Assembly (NCBI GenBank): GCA_963803805.1
Contig: CAWDOD010000007.1
Location: 160,001-224,000 of the forward strand
Reading direction: 5' to 3'
Source of the DNA: an uncultured cyanobacterium
Lineage (GTDB): Bacteria; Cyanobacteriota; Cyanobacteriia; Cyanobacteriales; CAWCAG01
DNA length: 64,000 nucleotides
Shown here: one piece after another, positions 1-9,685 of the stretch
Position numbering within the stretch: position 1 is the first letter of the stretch
How the letters are laid out: each line of letters opens with the position of its first letter
Made by a program: the position numbers and the translations under genes
Notes under the pieces: generated by a model
Told to the model about the DNA's origin: nothing
Database searches by the model: none
Seen by the model: the letters and a program-made list of their open reading frames with translations, nothing else

Positions 1-120
1 AGATAGGGAAAATCCTATCCGCAATCCATCACCCATGAAGCATGACAGCTATAATGGGTGTTTGCTTGTGATTATGCAAAAATAAACAACTGCCAAACCC
101 GGCGTAAAGAGTGTCACGAA

Positions 121-768
121 ATGAGAGAAAACGGTTCAAAAGACAGCAAAAAACTCTTACTAATCGACGATGACCCCAACTTAATCTTGCTAGTCAAAGA
201 TTATTTGGAGTTTCGAGGCTATCAAGTCATCACTGCTGAAAATGGCAGAGAAGCACTAGATATTTTAGAACAGAAAATTCCTGACATGATTATTTGTGAT
301 GTCATGATGCCAGAAATGGACGGTTATGCTCTAGTAGATCATGTCAGAAAGGATGCCCGTACTAATTGGATTCCCGTTCTTTTTCTTTCTGCTAAAGGGC
401 AAAGTCAAGATCGGGTGAAAGGTTTAAATACTGGCGCTGATGTCTATATGGTGAAGCCCTTTGAACCAGAAGAATTAGTTGCTCAAGTAGAGTCTTCTCT
501 GCGTTCAGCTAATCGTCTCATTCGCCGTACTCCTGGCGGTGTAGAAAATATTCAAAGAATCCAAGTTCCTGATAACGTAGAATTGACTCCCACTGAACTT
601 AAAGTAGTTCAATTAGTCGCCCAGGGAATGGCCAATCGAGAAATTGCTGAACATCTCAATGTTAGTCAGCGAACCATTGAAAGCCACGTTTCCAATATGC
701 TCAACAAAACCAGTCTGCATAACCGCACAGAACTAGCGCGGTGGGCGATTGAAAGTAATATGGCTTAA
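121..768 (+). CDS. rre1: NarL/LuxR-family response regulator (Rre1/Ycf29-like)
   Basis: Receiver domain (LLLIDDD, CDVMMP, KPF) plus C-terminal LuxR HTH (LTPTELKVVQLVAQGMANREIA). ATG at 121 preferred over the GTG at 58. Confidence 0.85.
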   Translation: MRENGSKDSKKLLLIDDDPNLILLVKDYLEFRGYQVITAENGREALDILEQKIPDMIICDVMMPEMDGYALVDHVRKDARTNWIPVLFLSAKGQSQDRVKGLNTGADVYMVKPFEPEELVAQVESSLRSANRLIRRTPGGVENIQRIQVPDNVELTPTELKVVQLVAQGMANREIAEHLNVSQRTIESHVSNMLNKTSLHNRTELARWAIESNMA

Positions 769-883
769 TAATAGGGGACTGGTATTTAAAAGAAAAGTTT
801 AACAATTTGACCTGGGGCATAAATTAAAGAATCAAAGTGCATTTGAGTAAAATTATTTTGCCAGTTCCCAACCATAAATCACC

Positions 884-1342
884 ATGAAGAATACCAGCAA
901 GTTAGGGGAGTTAGGAGAAGAAATTGTTGCTCAATGGTTAATTTCCCAAAGATGGAGCGTTTTGCACCAACGCTGGCGCTGTCGTTGGGGGGAGGTTGAT
1001 CTTATTGCCAAAACACCAAGACTAGATTACCTTGTTTTCATTGAAGTAAAAACCCGAAGTCTTGGTAATTGGGATCAAGATGGTATTTTAGCTATGACCC
1101 CTAGAAAACAAGCTAAGATTTGGCAAACAGCAGAATTGTTTATTTCCCAATCTCCTCATTTAGCTCAGTTTCGGTGTCGCTTCGATTTAGCTTTGGTCAG
1201 AAGTGAAAAACTCCAGCTTGCTAACCCTCTAGCTGAAAATCTTGATGAACAAAAAATTAAATTAGGTCAACCAATATCTTTAGCAGGATACCAATTGACC
1301 TTAATACAATATATTCGTGATGCTTTTGGCGATTTAAGCTAA
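884..1342 (+). CDS. yraN: YraN family (UPF0102) putative endonuclease
   Basis: GELGE, GEVDLIA, LVFIEVKTR and RFD motifs. Confidence 0.9.
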   Translation: MKNTSKLGELGEEIVAQWLISQRWSVLHQRWRCRWGEVDLIAKTPRLDYLVFIEVKTRSLGNWDQDGILAMTPRKQAKIWQTAELFISQSPHLAQFRCRFDLALVRSEKLQLANPLAENLDEQKIKLGQPISLAGYQLTLIQYIRDAFGDLS

Positions 1343-1343
1343 T

Positions 1344-1733
1344 TTATGCTAAAGTCTCTGGACAATAGCCTAAACCTTTGGTAAATTGCTGGCGAAAAGC
1401 TTCAATATCAGTTCTATCTGGTCTGCCATGGGAAACCACAGCTACTTGGTAGCGGCGCATAACTTCTACCGGGGATTGTCCAGTTTCTAAGCTCCAAAGC
1501 ACCATTTGTAGGCGAATCTCCGGTTCATAGGGGATGCCTAACTCATTGAGATAAGCTTGAAAGTTTTTCTCTTGGTACGGTGAAAGAGGTTCATTGAGTT
1601 TGATTTTGATAACCCAGCCATCAATTTGATGAACCACGGTGATGAAACCGACGGAAATATGAGTCGCTTGACGTAAGTACTCGGCAATTCTGACGGTCAG
1701 GCTAGCGTTTGCTAAGAAATAGAGGTAATCCAT
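1344..1733 (-). CDS. Conserved cyanobacterial hypothetical protein
   Basis: 129-aa ORF with MDYLYFLANASLT start and GLGYCPETLA end, recognised as a cyanobacterial conserved protein. Confidence 0.75.
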   Translation of the reverse strand: MDYLYFLANASLTVRIAEYLRQATHISVGFITVVHQIDGWVIKIKLNEPLSPYQEKNFQAYLNELGIPYEPEIRLQMVLWSLETGQSPVEVMRRYQVAVVSHGRPDRTDIEAFRQQFTKGLGYCPETLA

Positions 1734-1925
1734 AAATTGCCCCTCTGCTTGAAGTGTTTGTGGATGCTAACTATAGTGTCGCGAAGTTTGGTTACATTTG
1801 GCTAGGGGAAAAGCACCCGATGTATCATGGGGAGGTTTACCCAAATAAAAGGGAGTGGGGAGCAGTTTCTGTTTAGTATTGTAGGTCTTAGGTATGAGAA
1901 AGCTTTACGGTAAATTGGATTTGGT

Positions 1926-3299
1926 ATGAAGGAAATTTTTAGTGGTCAACCAATTCAAGTAATTGGGGGTGGCTTAGCAGGAACTGAAGCAGCTTGGCAA
2001 ATTGCCCAGGCGGGAGTGCCGGTAATTCTCCAGGAAATGCGTCCTCTACAAACTAGCCCAGCCCATCATACCAAAGAACTTGCGGAGTTGGTTTGTAGCA
2101 ACTCTTTTGGCGCAAAACAGAGCGATCGCGCCGCAGGTTTGTTACATGAAGAGTTACGGCGTTTGGGTTCAATTATTATTGCTAAAGCTGATGAGCATTA
2201 TGTCCCCGCGGGGGGGGCTTTGGCGGTAGATCGGGGAGTGTTTAGTAGTGAATTAACCCAAACCTTGGCAAATCATCCTTTAATTGAGTTACGCCGGGGG
2301 GAGGTTAAGAAAATACCGACGCAAGGAGTTACGGTTTTAACCACAGGGCCTTTAACTAGTGAGGCTTTAACCGAAGACTTGCTGCAATTTACGGGGATGG
2401 AGTATTTCAGCTTTTTTGATGCTGCTAGCCCTATTGTGGTGGGGGATTCTATTAATCGAGAAACTGCTTTTCTGGCTTCGCGATACGACAAGGGAGAAGC
2501 CGCTTATTTAAACTGTCCCATGAACCAGGAACAGTATCTTCAGTTTCGCCAAGCCCTTTGTGAAGCGCAACAAGCAGAAGTTAAGGACTTTGAGCGGGAA
2601 AGTGCTACTTTTTTTGAAGGTTGTTTACCCATTGAAGAATTAGCTAAGCGGGGGGAAGATACCATGCGCTATGGCCCCCTTAAACCCGTAGGGTTATTTG
2701 ATGCTCGTTTAGGAGATTTCCGGGAAAATAAAGATAAACGTCCCTACGGGGTGGTACAGTTGCGTCAGGAAGACAAACAAGGACAGTTATGGAATTTAGT
2801 TGGTTTCCAAACTAACTTACGTTGGGGGGAACAGAAGCGGGTTTTCCGGACTATTCCTGGTTTGGAAGCAGCAGAATTTGTTCGCATGGGGGTAATGCAC
2901 CGCAATACCTTTATCAATGCTCCTCAATTGCTACATCCTAGCTTGCAATTCAAAACCCGCCCTACCTTACTAGCAGCAGGACAGTTGGTGGGGACTGAAG
3001 GTTATACCGCAGCGACAGCAGGTGGTTGGTTAGCAGGAACAAATGCTGCTAGGTTGGTTTTGGGTTTAGAACCTCTAGTTGCACCAAAAACGACGATGAT
3101 GGGTTCTCTATTTGAATTTATTAGTTCTGCTTCTCCTAAACATTTTCAACCAATGCCCCCCAATTTTGGGATTATTCCTGCTTTGGAAAAGCGTATTCGT
3201 AGTAAAAAAGAGCGTTACGGAGCATATCGCGATCGCGCTTTAGCTGCTATTACTCAACGAGAAAGTTGGTTGACAACCAAAGCCCCTGTAAGTGCTTGA
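1926..3299 (+). CDS. trmFO: tRNA (uracil-5-)-methyltransferase TrmFO/Gid
   Basis: [13 protein letters not shown] motif, [24 protein letters not shown]. Confidence 0.97.
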   Translation: MKEIFSGQPIQVIGGGLAGTEAAWQIAQAGVPVILQEMRPLQTSPAHHTKELAELVCSNSFGAKQSDRAAGLLHEELRRLGSIIIAKADEHYVPAGGALAVDRGVFSSELTQTLANHPLIELRRGEVKKIPTQGVTVLTTGPLTSEALTEDLLQFTGMEYFSFFDAASPIVVGDSINRETAFLASRYDKGEAAYLNCPMNQEQYLQFRQALCEAQQAEVKDFERESATFFEGCLPIEELAKRGEDTMRYGPLKPVGLFDARLGDFRENKDKRPYGVVQLRQEDKQGQLWNLVGFQTNLRWGEQKRVFRTIPGLEAAEFVRMGVMHRNTFINAPQLLHPSLQFKTRPTLLAAGQLVGTEGYTAATAGGWLAGTNAARLVLGLEPLVAPKTTMMGSLFEFISSASPKHFQPMPPNFGIIPALEKRIRSKKERYGAYRDRALAAITQRESWLTTKAPVSA

Positions 3300-3430
3300 T
3301 TTCCTTGTTCACGCGATATGCTAAGATTTTATCTGATAAATAAATTCATGATAGAAAAATTATATTTATTGGGTTATGGCTAAAAACTTCTGTCTGTTTG
3401 TGTTTAACCCAGCTTACAAGCTAAACTTTA

Positions 3431-4318
3431 ATGACCAATCGTTTTCGCAGCGCTGTTAAAAACAAAAAATTTCTGATTACTGCTGAGGTGACACCTCCGA
3501 AGGGAAGCAACCCAGAAAGAATGTTAGCAATGGCAAGGATTCTTAAGGGAAAGGTTCATGCTGTAAATATCACTGATGGCAGTCGCGCCGTACTAAGGAT
3601 GTCTTCTGTGGCGGCTTCGGCAATTTTGTTACAACAGGGAATTGAACCCATTTGTCAAATAGCTTGTCGCGATCGCAATTGTATTGGTTTGCAAGCCGAT
3701 TTGATGGGCGCTTATGCTCTCGGTATTCGTAATATACTAGCTTTAACAGGAGATCCGGTCAAAGCGGGGGATTACCCAAAAGCTAAGTCTGTATTTGATC
3801 TTGAGGCGGTACGTTTACTTAAGGTTATTAGCAAACTTAATAGTGGTGTCGATAGTAATGACAAACCCCTTCCTGATGCAGCCACAAATTTATTTCCCGG
3901 TGCAGCAATAGATCCACAAATGAAATTGTCAGCAATTCAGCGTCGCTTTGAACATAAATTAGCAGCCGGGGCGCAATTTTTCCAAAGTCAGTTAATTAGT
4001 GATTTTGATAAGTTAGAAAAGTTTATGTCTCAAGCGGCTGTGGGTATAGAACAACCTATCTTAGCAGGAATTTTTTTACTAAAGTCGGCAAAAAATGCTA
4101 ACTTCATTAATCGCTACGTTCCTGGGGTAGATATTCCCCAAGAAACCATTGAACGTTTAGGGGCAGCTAAAGAACCCCTCACCGAAGGTATGAAAATTGC
4201 CGCAGAACAAGTAAGCTTAGCTAAAGATTTATGCCAGGGGGTACATATGATGGCAGTTAAGCGAGAAGATTTAATTCCCGAAATTCTGGAGATGGCAGGG
4301 GTTAGTTTGGAAAATTAG
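3431..4318 (+). CDS. metF: 5,10-methylenetetrahydrofolate reductase
   Basis: AEVTPPKG, NITDG, CRDRN, LALTGDP, AGAQFFQSQ. Confidence 0.93.
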   Translation: MTNRFRSAVKNKKFLITAEVTPPKGSNPERMLAMARILKGKVHAVNITDGSRAVLRMSSVAASAILLQQGIEPICQIACRDRNCIGLQADLMGAYALGIRNILALTGDPVKAGDYPKAKSVFDLEAVRLLKVISKLNSGVDSNDKPLPDAATNLFPGAAIDPQMKLSAIQRRFEHKLAAGAQFFQSQLISDFDKLEKFMSQAAVGIEQPILAGIFLLKSAKNANFINRYVPGVDIPQETIERLGAAKEPLTEGMKIAAEQVSLAKDLCQGVHMMAVKREDLIPEILEMAGVSLEN

Positions 4319-4952
4319 TAGCTAAGGTGACGCTCAATTTCTGGGCGATGGCCTCTAACCAGTTTTCATCTTGTTTGGTATAGCTACGGGGAGCATTTGC
4401 CCCCAATATCATTGCCCCTTGGCCTCCTAAAGGTTGACAAATTACTCCTTGTGTGTTCTCTGGCAAGTAGGTAAACTCGATTTTCCCTGGGTATAAATCC
4501 AACCTAACCAAATAAACTGGTTTTTGGCTATCTAAAACCCTGGTGAGAATTTTTCCTGGTTTAACATCAGGGTTACTGCTCAAAATGCCTCTACGTAGCA
4601 AAACTTCCTCTTTGTACCAAACCACAAGCGATCGCGTGGCAGTATTGGTTAAAATCAAATGGCTTGCCCAAGCTAATTCTGTTTTAACTTCTTCAGGTAA
4701 ATCGGGCTTCATTTCAAAGCCTTCAACCCCGATCAACTCCACAGCATCAGGGGATCGCGGTTGTACTCGCTGCCAAAGCAAGCCTGTTAAAATTAGTACG
4801 GCACTGAGGATAACCCCCAAAACATCGGAACGAGACTGGCTAGAAGTGAGTTGTGGTGTCACTAAACGATTAATTAATAATAATATTCCTCCCAATCCAC
4901 CAACAAACAGAGGAAGCAATCTTAAAATGCGGTTGGGATCTTTGTTTGTCAT
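4302..4952 (-). CDS. Cofactor assembly of complex C subunit B (CCB2/CCB4 family)
   Basis: Two N-terminal TM helices, ELAWAS, YLPENTQGVICQPLG, RSYTKQDE. Confidence 0.8.
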   Translation of the reverse strand: MTNKDPNRILRLLPLFVGGLGGILLLINRLVTPQLTSSQSRSDVLGVILSAVLILTGLLWQRVQPRSPDAVELIGVEGFEMKPDLPEEVKTELAWASHLILTNTATRSLVVWYKEEVLLRRGILSSNPDVKPGKILTRVLDSQKPVYLVRLDLYPGKIEFTYLPENTQGVICQPLGGQGAMILGANAPRSYTKQDENWLEAIAQKLSVTLATNFPN

Positions 4953-5100
4953 TAAACTAGTTCTGCTTGATAATAACCTGCTTTCAACTCAAATATTATA
5001 GTTCCATCATCAGAAGCCTTTATGGGGTGAGGCTGATTATTTATGTATAAATGCCAAGCAGGATAGTAATAAGTTCTTACTCTAATTGTTTTCTCTATAC
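4952..5100 (-). pseudogene. 3' remnant of a paralogue of the 9686-11395 membrane protein
   Basis: IRVRTYYYPAWHLYINNQPHPIKASDDGTIIFELKAGYYQAEL aligns with LKVRTYYYPAWSLYVDDKPENIEVLPDGTMGINLESGSHLVEL in the 9686-11395 protein. Confidence 0.8.
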
Positions 5101-5102
5101 CT

Positions 5103-6059
5103 ATGCCTAACAAGACAACCCCAATAGAACTTTCTATCATCATTCCTATTTATAATGAGGAAGACAATCTTGATTATTTATTTGAACGACTCGAATTAGT
5201 ATTAGAAAACATTGATACTAATTATGAGATTATTTGTATTAATGATGGGAGTCAAGATAACACTCTGCAACATTTAAAGAAACATAATCAACGTAATCCT
5301 AAAATTAAAGTAGTAAATTTTTCTCGTAATTTCGGTAAAGAAGTTGCCCTCAGTGCAGGATTGGATTATAGCAGTGGGGCAGCAGCGATTCCCATTGATG
5401 CAGATTTACAAGATCCTCCAGAGTTAATTGGGGAATTAGTAACAAAATGGCGAGAAGGTTATGATGTAGTTTATGCTACCCGTCGTGTTAGAGAAGAGGG
5501 TTGGGTAAAAAACTTCACTGCTTCAGGTTTTTATCGGATAATTGGTAAAATTAGCAAAACTCAAATTCCTGCTAATACCGGAGACTTCCGCTTAATAGAT
5601 CGGCGAGTGATAGAAGCTTTAAAAAAAATGCCAGAAAGAAATCGCTTTATGAAAGGTATGTTTGCTTGGGTAGGATTTAAGCAAACTTCTGTCTTATTTG
5701 ATCGCCCTCAACGTCACAAAGGAACAACTTCTTGGAATTATTGGAAGCTATGGAATTTTGCTCTTGATGGGATTACATCTTTTAGTTCTGCCCCTTTAAA
5801 AATCTGGACTTATGTAGGCCTATTTATTTCTTCTCTTGCCTTTTTGTATGCTTCATTACTCATTATTCGTACCATTATTCGTGGCTATATTGACGTACCA
5901 GGTTATGCTTCAACTTTAGTCATGATTCTCTTTTTTGGTGGTATTCAACTAATTACTTTAGGGGTGATTGGTGAATATTTAGGTCGCGTTTACGAAGAGG
6001 TTAAAGCCCGTCCCCTCTATTTTGTTAGGGAATCCTATGGTTTTGAAGAAGAAAACTAA
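5103..6059 (+). CDS. GT2 polyprenol-phosphate glycosyltransferase (GtrB-like)
   Basis: IIPIYNEE, NDGSQD, SRNFGKE, DADLQDPP, GDFRL, two C-terminal TMs, GEYLGRVYEEVKARP. Confidence 0.92.
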   Translation: MPNKTTPIELSIIIPIYNEEDNLDYLFERLELVLENIDTNYEIICINDGSQDNTLQHLKKHNQRNPKIKVVNFSRNFGKEVALSAGLDYSSGAAAIPIDADLQDPPELIGELVTKWREGYDVVYATRRVREEGWVKNFTASGFYRIIGKISKTQIPANTGDFRLIDRRVIEALKKMPERNRFMKGMFAWVGFKQTSVLFDRPQRHKGTTSWNYWKLWNFALDGITSFSSAPLKIWTYVGLFISSLAFLYASLLIIRTIIRGYIDVPGYASTLVMILFFGGIQLITLGVIGEYLGRVYEEVKARPLYFVRESYGFEEEN

Positions 6060-6110
6060 GGTGTTGAAACCAAACAAAAATTATAGCTTCGTATTAGTGA
6101 GAAGATTGTT

Positions 6111-6785
6111 TTGAAATTAAAAACCAGCCTGGTAATTTTAATTATCCTTTGCATCATTGCTACAGCATTAGGAATTGTTCTTTTAGGAGGAATAGATGAA
6201 ACACAAATTCAAGCTTGGTTAGAAGCCGCAGGAATTTGGGCCCCAATTATTTATATAATTCTTTATACCGTCGGAACTCTATTAATTTTGCCCTCTACTC
6301 CCTTAAATTTAAGTGGGGGAGCTATTTTTGGACTTTGGGAAGGTACTTTATGGACAACCATCGCCGCCGTAGTTGCTGCAATAGTTTCTTTTACCTTTAC
6401 TCGTACCATTGGCAGAGAATTTGTCGCCCGTAAGTTAGCCGGGAAGTGGGAAGCCATTGACGGGGAGATGCGTCAAGGGGGCTTATTCTATATGTTCGCC
6501 ATCCGCTTGTTACCCCTGATACCCTATGGCATTGTTAATTTTGCTGCTGGTTTAACTTCAATTCGTTTTCGGGATTATATAATAGGAACTCTACTGGGAA
6601 CTGTTCCAGGAATTTTGCCTTTTGTGATGATGGGTTCTGGTTTACAGTCTTTGAAGCAGGGAGATATTCTGCCTTTGATGTTTGCTTTTACCTTAACAGG
6701 AATGCTAGTAGCCTGTGCCACCTGGTATCGCCGCCGTCGTCAGTCTCCCAGTCAGGAATTGGAGGAGAGGGAGTCTAACAAGTAA
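6111..6785 (+). CDS. TVP38/TMEM64 (DedA superfamily) membrane protein
   Basis: LPSTPL, GAIFG, IRLLPLIPYGIVNFAAGL; TTG start. Confidence 0.9.
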   Translation: MKLKTSLVILIILCIIATALGIVLLGGIDETQIQAWLEAAGIWAPIIYIILYTVGTLLILPSTPLNLSGGAIFGLWEGTLWTTIAAVVAAIVSFTFTRTIGREFVARKLAGKWEAIDGEMRQGGLFYMFAIRLLPLIPYGIVNFAAGLTSIRFRDYIIGTLLGTVPGILPFVMMGSGLQSLKQGDILPLMFAFTLTGMLVACATWYRRRRQSPSQELEERESNK

Positions 6786-6944
6786 TTAATAATTAATAAT
6801 TGATAATTACCTTAAAAAACTAACAGCTAATATCTTAAAAGATTTGACAAACGAATAGAAGTTTAAGTTGTCAAAATCAGGTAATAGGTAATGGGTGTTT
6901 AATAATAAATGGTCAATATTTAATGATAAATGATAAATGGTATT

Positions 6945-9021
6945 ATGTACAATCCTTTACATCATAAATACCGTCCTCAAACCTTTGCTGAATTGGTTGG
7001 GCAAGAGACGATCGCAACTACTTTAACCAATGCAATCTTAACCCAAAGAATCGCCCCTGCTTACCTGTTTACAGGACGAAGAGGTACAGGAAAAACTTCT
7101 TCAGCGCGGATTTTTGCTAAATCCCTCAACTGCATAGCTAATCAAGAACCTAACCCAACTCCCTGTGGACAGTGTGAAGTATGTAGACAAATTGCTGATG
7201 GTTCAGCTTTGGATGTCATTGAAATTGATGCGGCGAGTAATACAGGGGTTGACAATATTCGTGATATTATCGAGCGATCGCAATTTGCTCCGGTTCGTTG
7301 CCGCTACAAAATTTATATCATTGATGAGGTTCATATGCTCAGCACCGCAGCCTTTAATGCCTTGCTGAAAACTTTAGAAGAACCTCCTGGGCGAGTAGTT
7401 TTTGTACTAGCTACAACTGATCCTCAAAGGGTGCTTTCGACAATTATTTCTCGTTGTCAACGTTTCGATTTCCGCCGCATTGCTTTAGAGGCGATGGTAA
7501 GTCATTTAGAAAAGATTGCTATCAACGAGAATATTAACATTAACCCAGAAGCAATTACCATTGTCGGGCAAATTGCCAATGGAGGTTTAAGGGATGCTGA
7601 AAGTCTTTTAAATCAGTTGAGTTTATTAATCGGAGAAATTACTGTTGAAAAAGTTTGGGATTTAGTTGGTGTTGTTCCTGAACAAGATTTATTTAACTTA
7701 CTCCAAACTATTAATTCCGATCAACCAGAAGCTGTTATTAAGCAATGCCGTTACTTATTAGATCGAGGTAGAGAACCATTGGTAGTTCTGCAAAATTTAG
7801 CTGGATTTTATCTTAATCTCTTAATCGCTAAAACTTCCCCCCATAGTTCAGAAATGGTGGCGGTTACTGCTCCTACTTGGCAAGCTTTATGTACCGAAGC
7901 ACAACATTGGGATGTCCACAAGATTTTACGAGGACAGCAGCATTTAAAAGACAGCGAGGTACAAATAAAAAATACAACTCAACCCCGTCTTTGGCTAGAA
8001 GTAACTTTGTTGGGTTTGTTACCTTCAGCGATGGCAACACCAACAAATACAAATAATCCACAACTAATAAATAATCGTCCTGCAATTACTAATACGCAAC
8101 AAACAAATACAAATAAATCACCCGCTAATCAACAAATTAATACTCAGCAAACAAATACAAATACTCAGCAAACAAATACGAATAAACTACCCGCTAATCA
8201 ACAAACTTATACTTCACAACTAGCCCCTGAAGAGCCAGCTTCTATTCCTCAAACAACTTCTCTACCAACAACTAATAATTCAGCAGACTTGCCAGAAATT
8301 TGGCATAAAATAATTAAATGTCTAGTACCGACAACACAATCTTTATTGAAAGACCACTGTAACTTAGTTAGTTTAACTGCTTCTTCGGCGATTATAACTG
8401 CTAAAAACCAAACTTTACTAGATATTGCCAAAGGCAGAAAAGATGGTATAGAAAAAGCCTTTCAACAAGTTTATAATCAGCAAGTAACTGTTCGTTTTCA
8501 AATAGGTAATAACGTAACTTCTCAAGGGAGAGAAAATTTTTCGCAAACCCCTCCCAAAGCTGTAGAAAAGCCACCGCAACACCCCCTAGGCAATCCTAAT
8601 TTAACTAGAGAGACAGATAACTTAGCTCAAACAGTTTTGCCTAGTAATGAAGAAGGTAAAAGAGGTAGAAAAAGCTCCTCCGCAACAACCTTCTCCCCTT
8701 GAAATTAATCCTCCTACTGTTGTTAAAGAAGAAACTCTTGTAGATGAAAATATCCCTCCCTCAGAAATTAAAAGTGCAACCTCTACTCTTATTAAAGAAG
8801 AAACACCAACTAAGGAAAATATTTCTAGCTCATACTTAACTGATTTTCCTGAAATTAATACAGGAATAACCAAAGAAAAAGTTGCTAAGGCGGCCAAAAA
8901 CTTAGCAGATTTTTTCTCAGGAGAGGTTATTGAACTCAGGGATGAGTTAATATTTGAAGAGATAGAATTTTCTCAAACTTCATTGGATCAAGATTTAGAA
9001 GATGACTATGACGACTTTTAA
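6945..9021 (+). CDS. dnaX: DNA polymerase III subunit gamma/tau, split by a +1 frameshift near 8650
   Basis: KYRPQTF, Walker A G.RGTGKT, EIDAASN, IDEVHML, SRC. The +1 frame 8647-9021 carries the expected cyanobacterial C-terminus (AAKNLADFFSGEVI). Confidence 0.93.
8091..8205 (+). repeat. Imperfect coding repeats (NTQQTNT / KxPANQQ) in the DnaX linker
   Basis: AATAC(G/T)CA(A/G)CAAACAAATAC occurs three times and CCCGCTAATCAACAAA twice. Confidence 0.8.
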
Positions 9022-9086
9022 ATTGATTTATCTCTCAATCAACTCAGCTAAAACATCAAATATTTAACTACAATTATTTAACTACA

Positions 9087-9629
9087 ATGAAACAGCTACT
9101 TACCAAAGTCATTCTCGTAACGATTCTATTTTCCTTCTCCTTTAGCAATAATGTATTTGCTCAAGAAAGCAATAACTTCGATAACTTGATTACTCAATGT
9201 CTTCAACTACAAGGGCAAGAATCTCTTAGGGCTTGCGAAGAGGCGATCGCAATTTATCCCCATGATCCTCTGTCTTGGTATGGTAAGAGTCAAATTCTCT
9301 CAAAGTTAGGTAAACAAGAAGAATATCAAGCAGCGGAAACCCGGCTACAGCTTATTTTAAAATATCATCAATTTGTGGGAGTTATCTTTGATGAAAGATT
9401 GCAATTAAAAGCTCTTTTGCAAGATGGCAATGCTTTGTCTCAACTAGACGAAGTAATTGAACAAGGGGAAATTGAAGGACAAACCCTTGAAGAAGAAGAA
9501 ATTGCTTCTTTACGCCAACGTCGAGAGCAAATCGTTCAATTTAGAGATAATCCTAGTTTAATTGAGCAAAAAGTTAAATCAACAATTACGGAATTGAGAA
9601 AGAGTTATTTAGAAACAATTGAAAGTTGA
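9087..9629 (+). CDS. Secreted protein with a single TPR-like motif
   Basis: Signal peptide ending VFA-Q; ACEEAIAIYPHDPLSWYGKSQILSKLG. Confidence 0.7.
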   Translation: MKQLLTKVILVTILFSFSFSNNVFAQESNNFDNLITQCLQLQGQESLRACEEAIAIYPHDPLSWYGKSQILSKLGKQEEYQAAETRLQLILKYHQFVGVIFDERLQLKALLQDGNALSQLDEVIEQGEIEGQTLEEEEIASLRQRREQIVQFRDNPSLIEQKVKSTITELRKSYLETIES

Positions 9630-9685
9630 ATGTATTTGCCATAAAAAAAAGCTCTTTTCCTGTCAATAAACTTTGTCTATCTCCC

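Noticed and set aside
6783-6942. TAATTAA/ATAAATG heptamer runs upstream of dnaX (also 50309-50330)
   Set aside because: Ordinary cyanobacterial short tandem (STRR-like) repeats.
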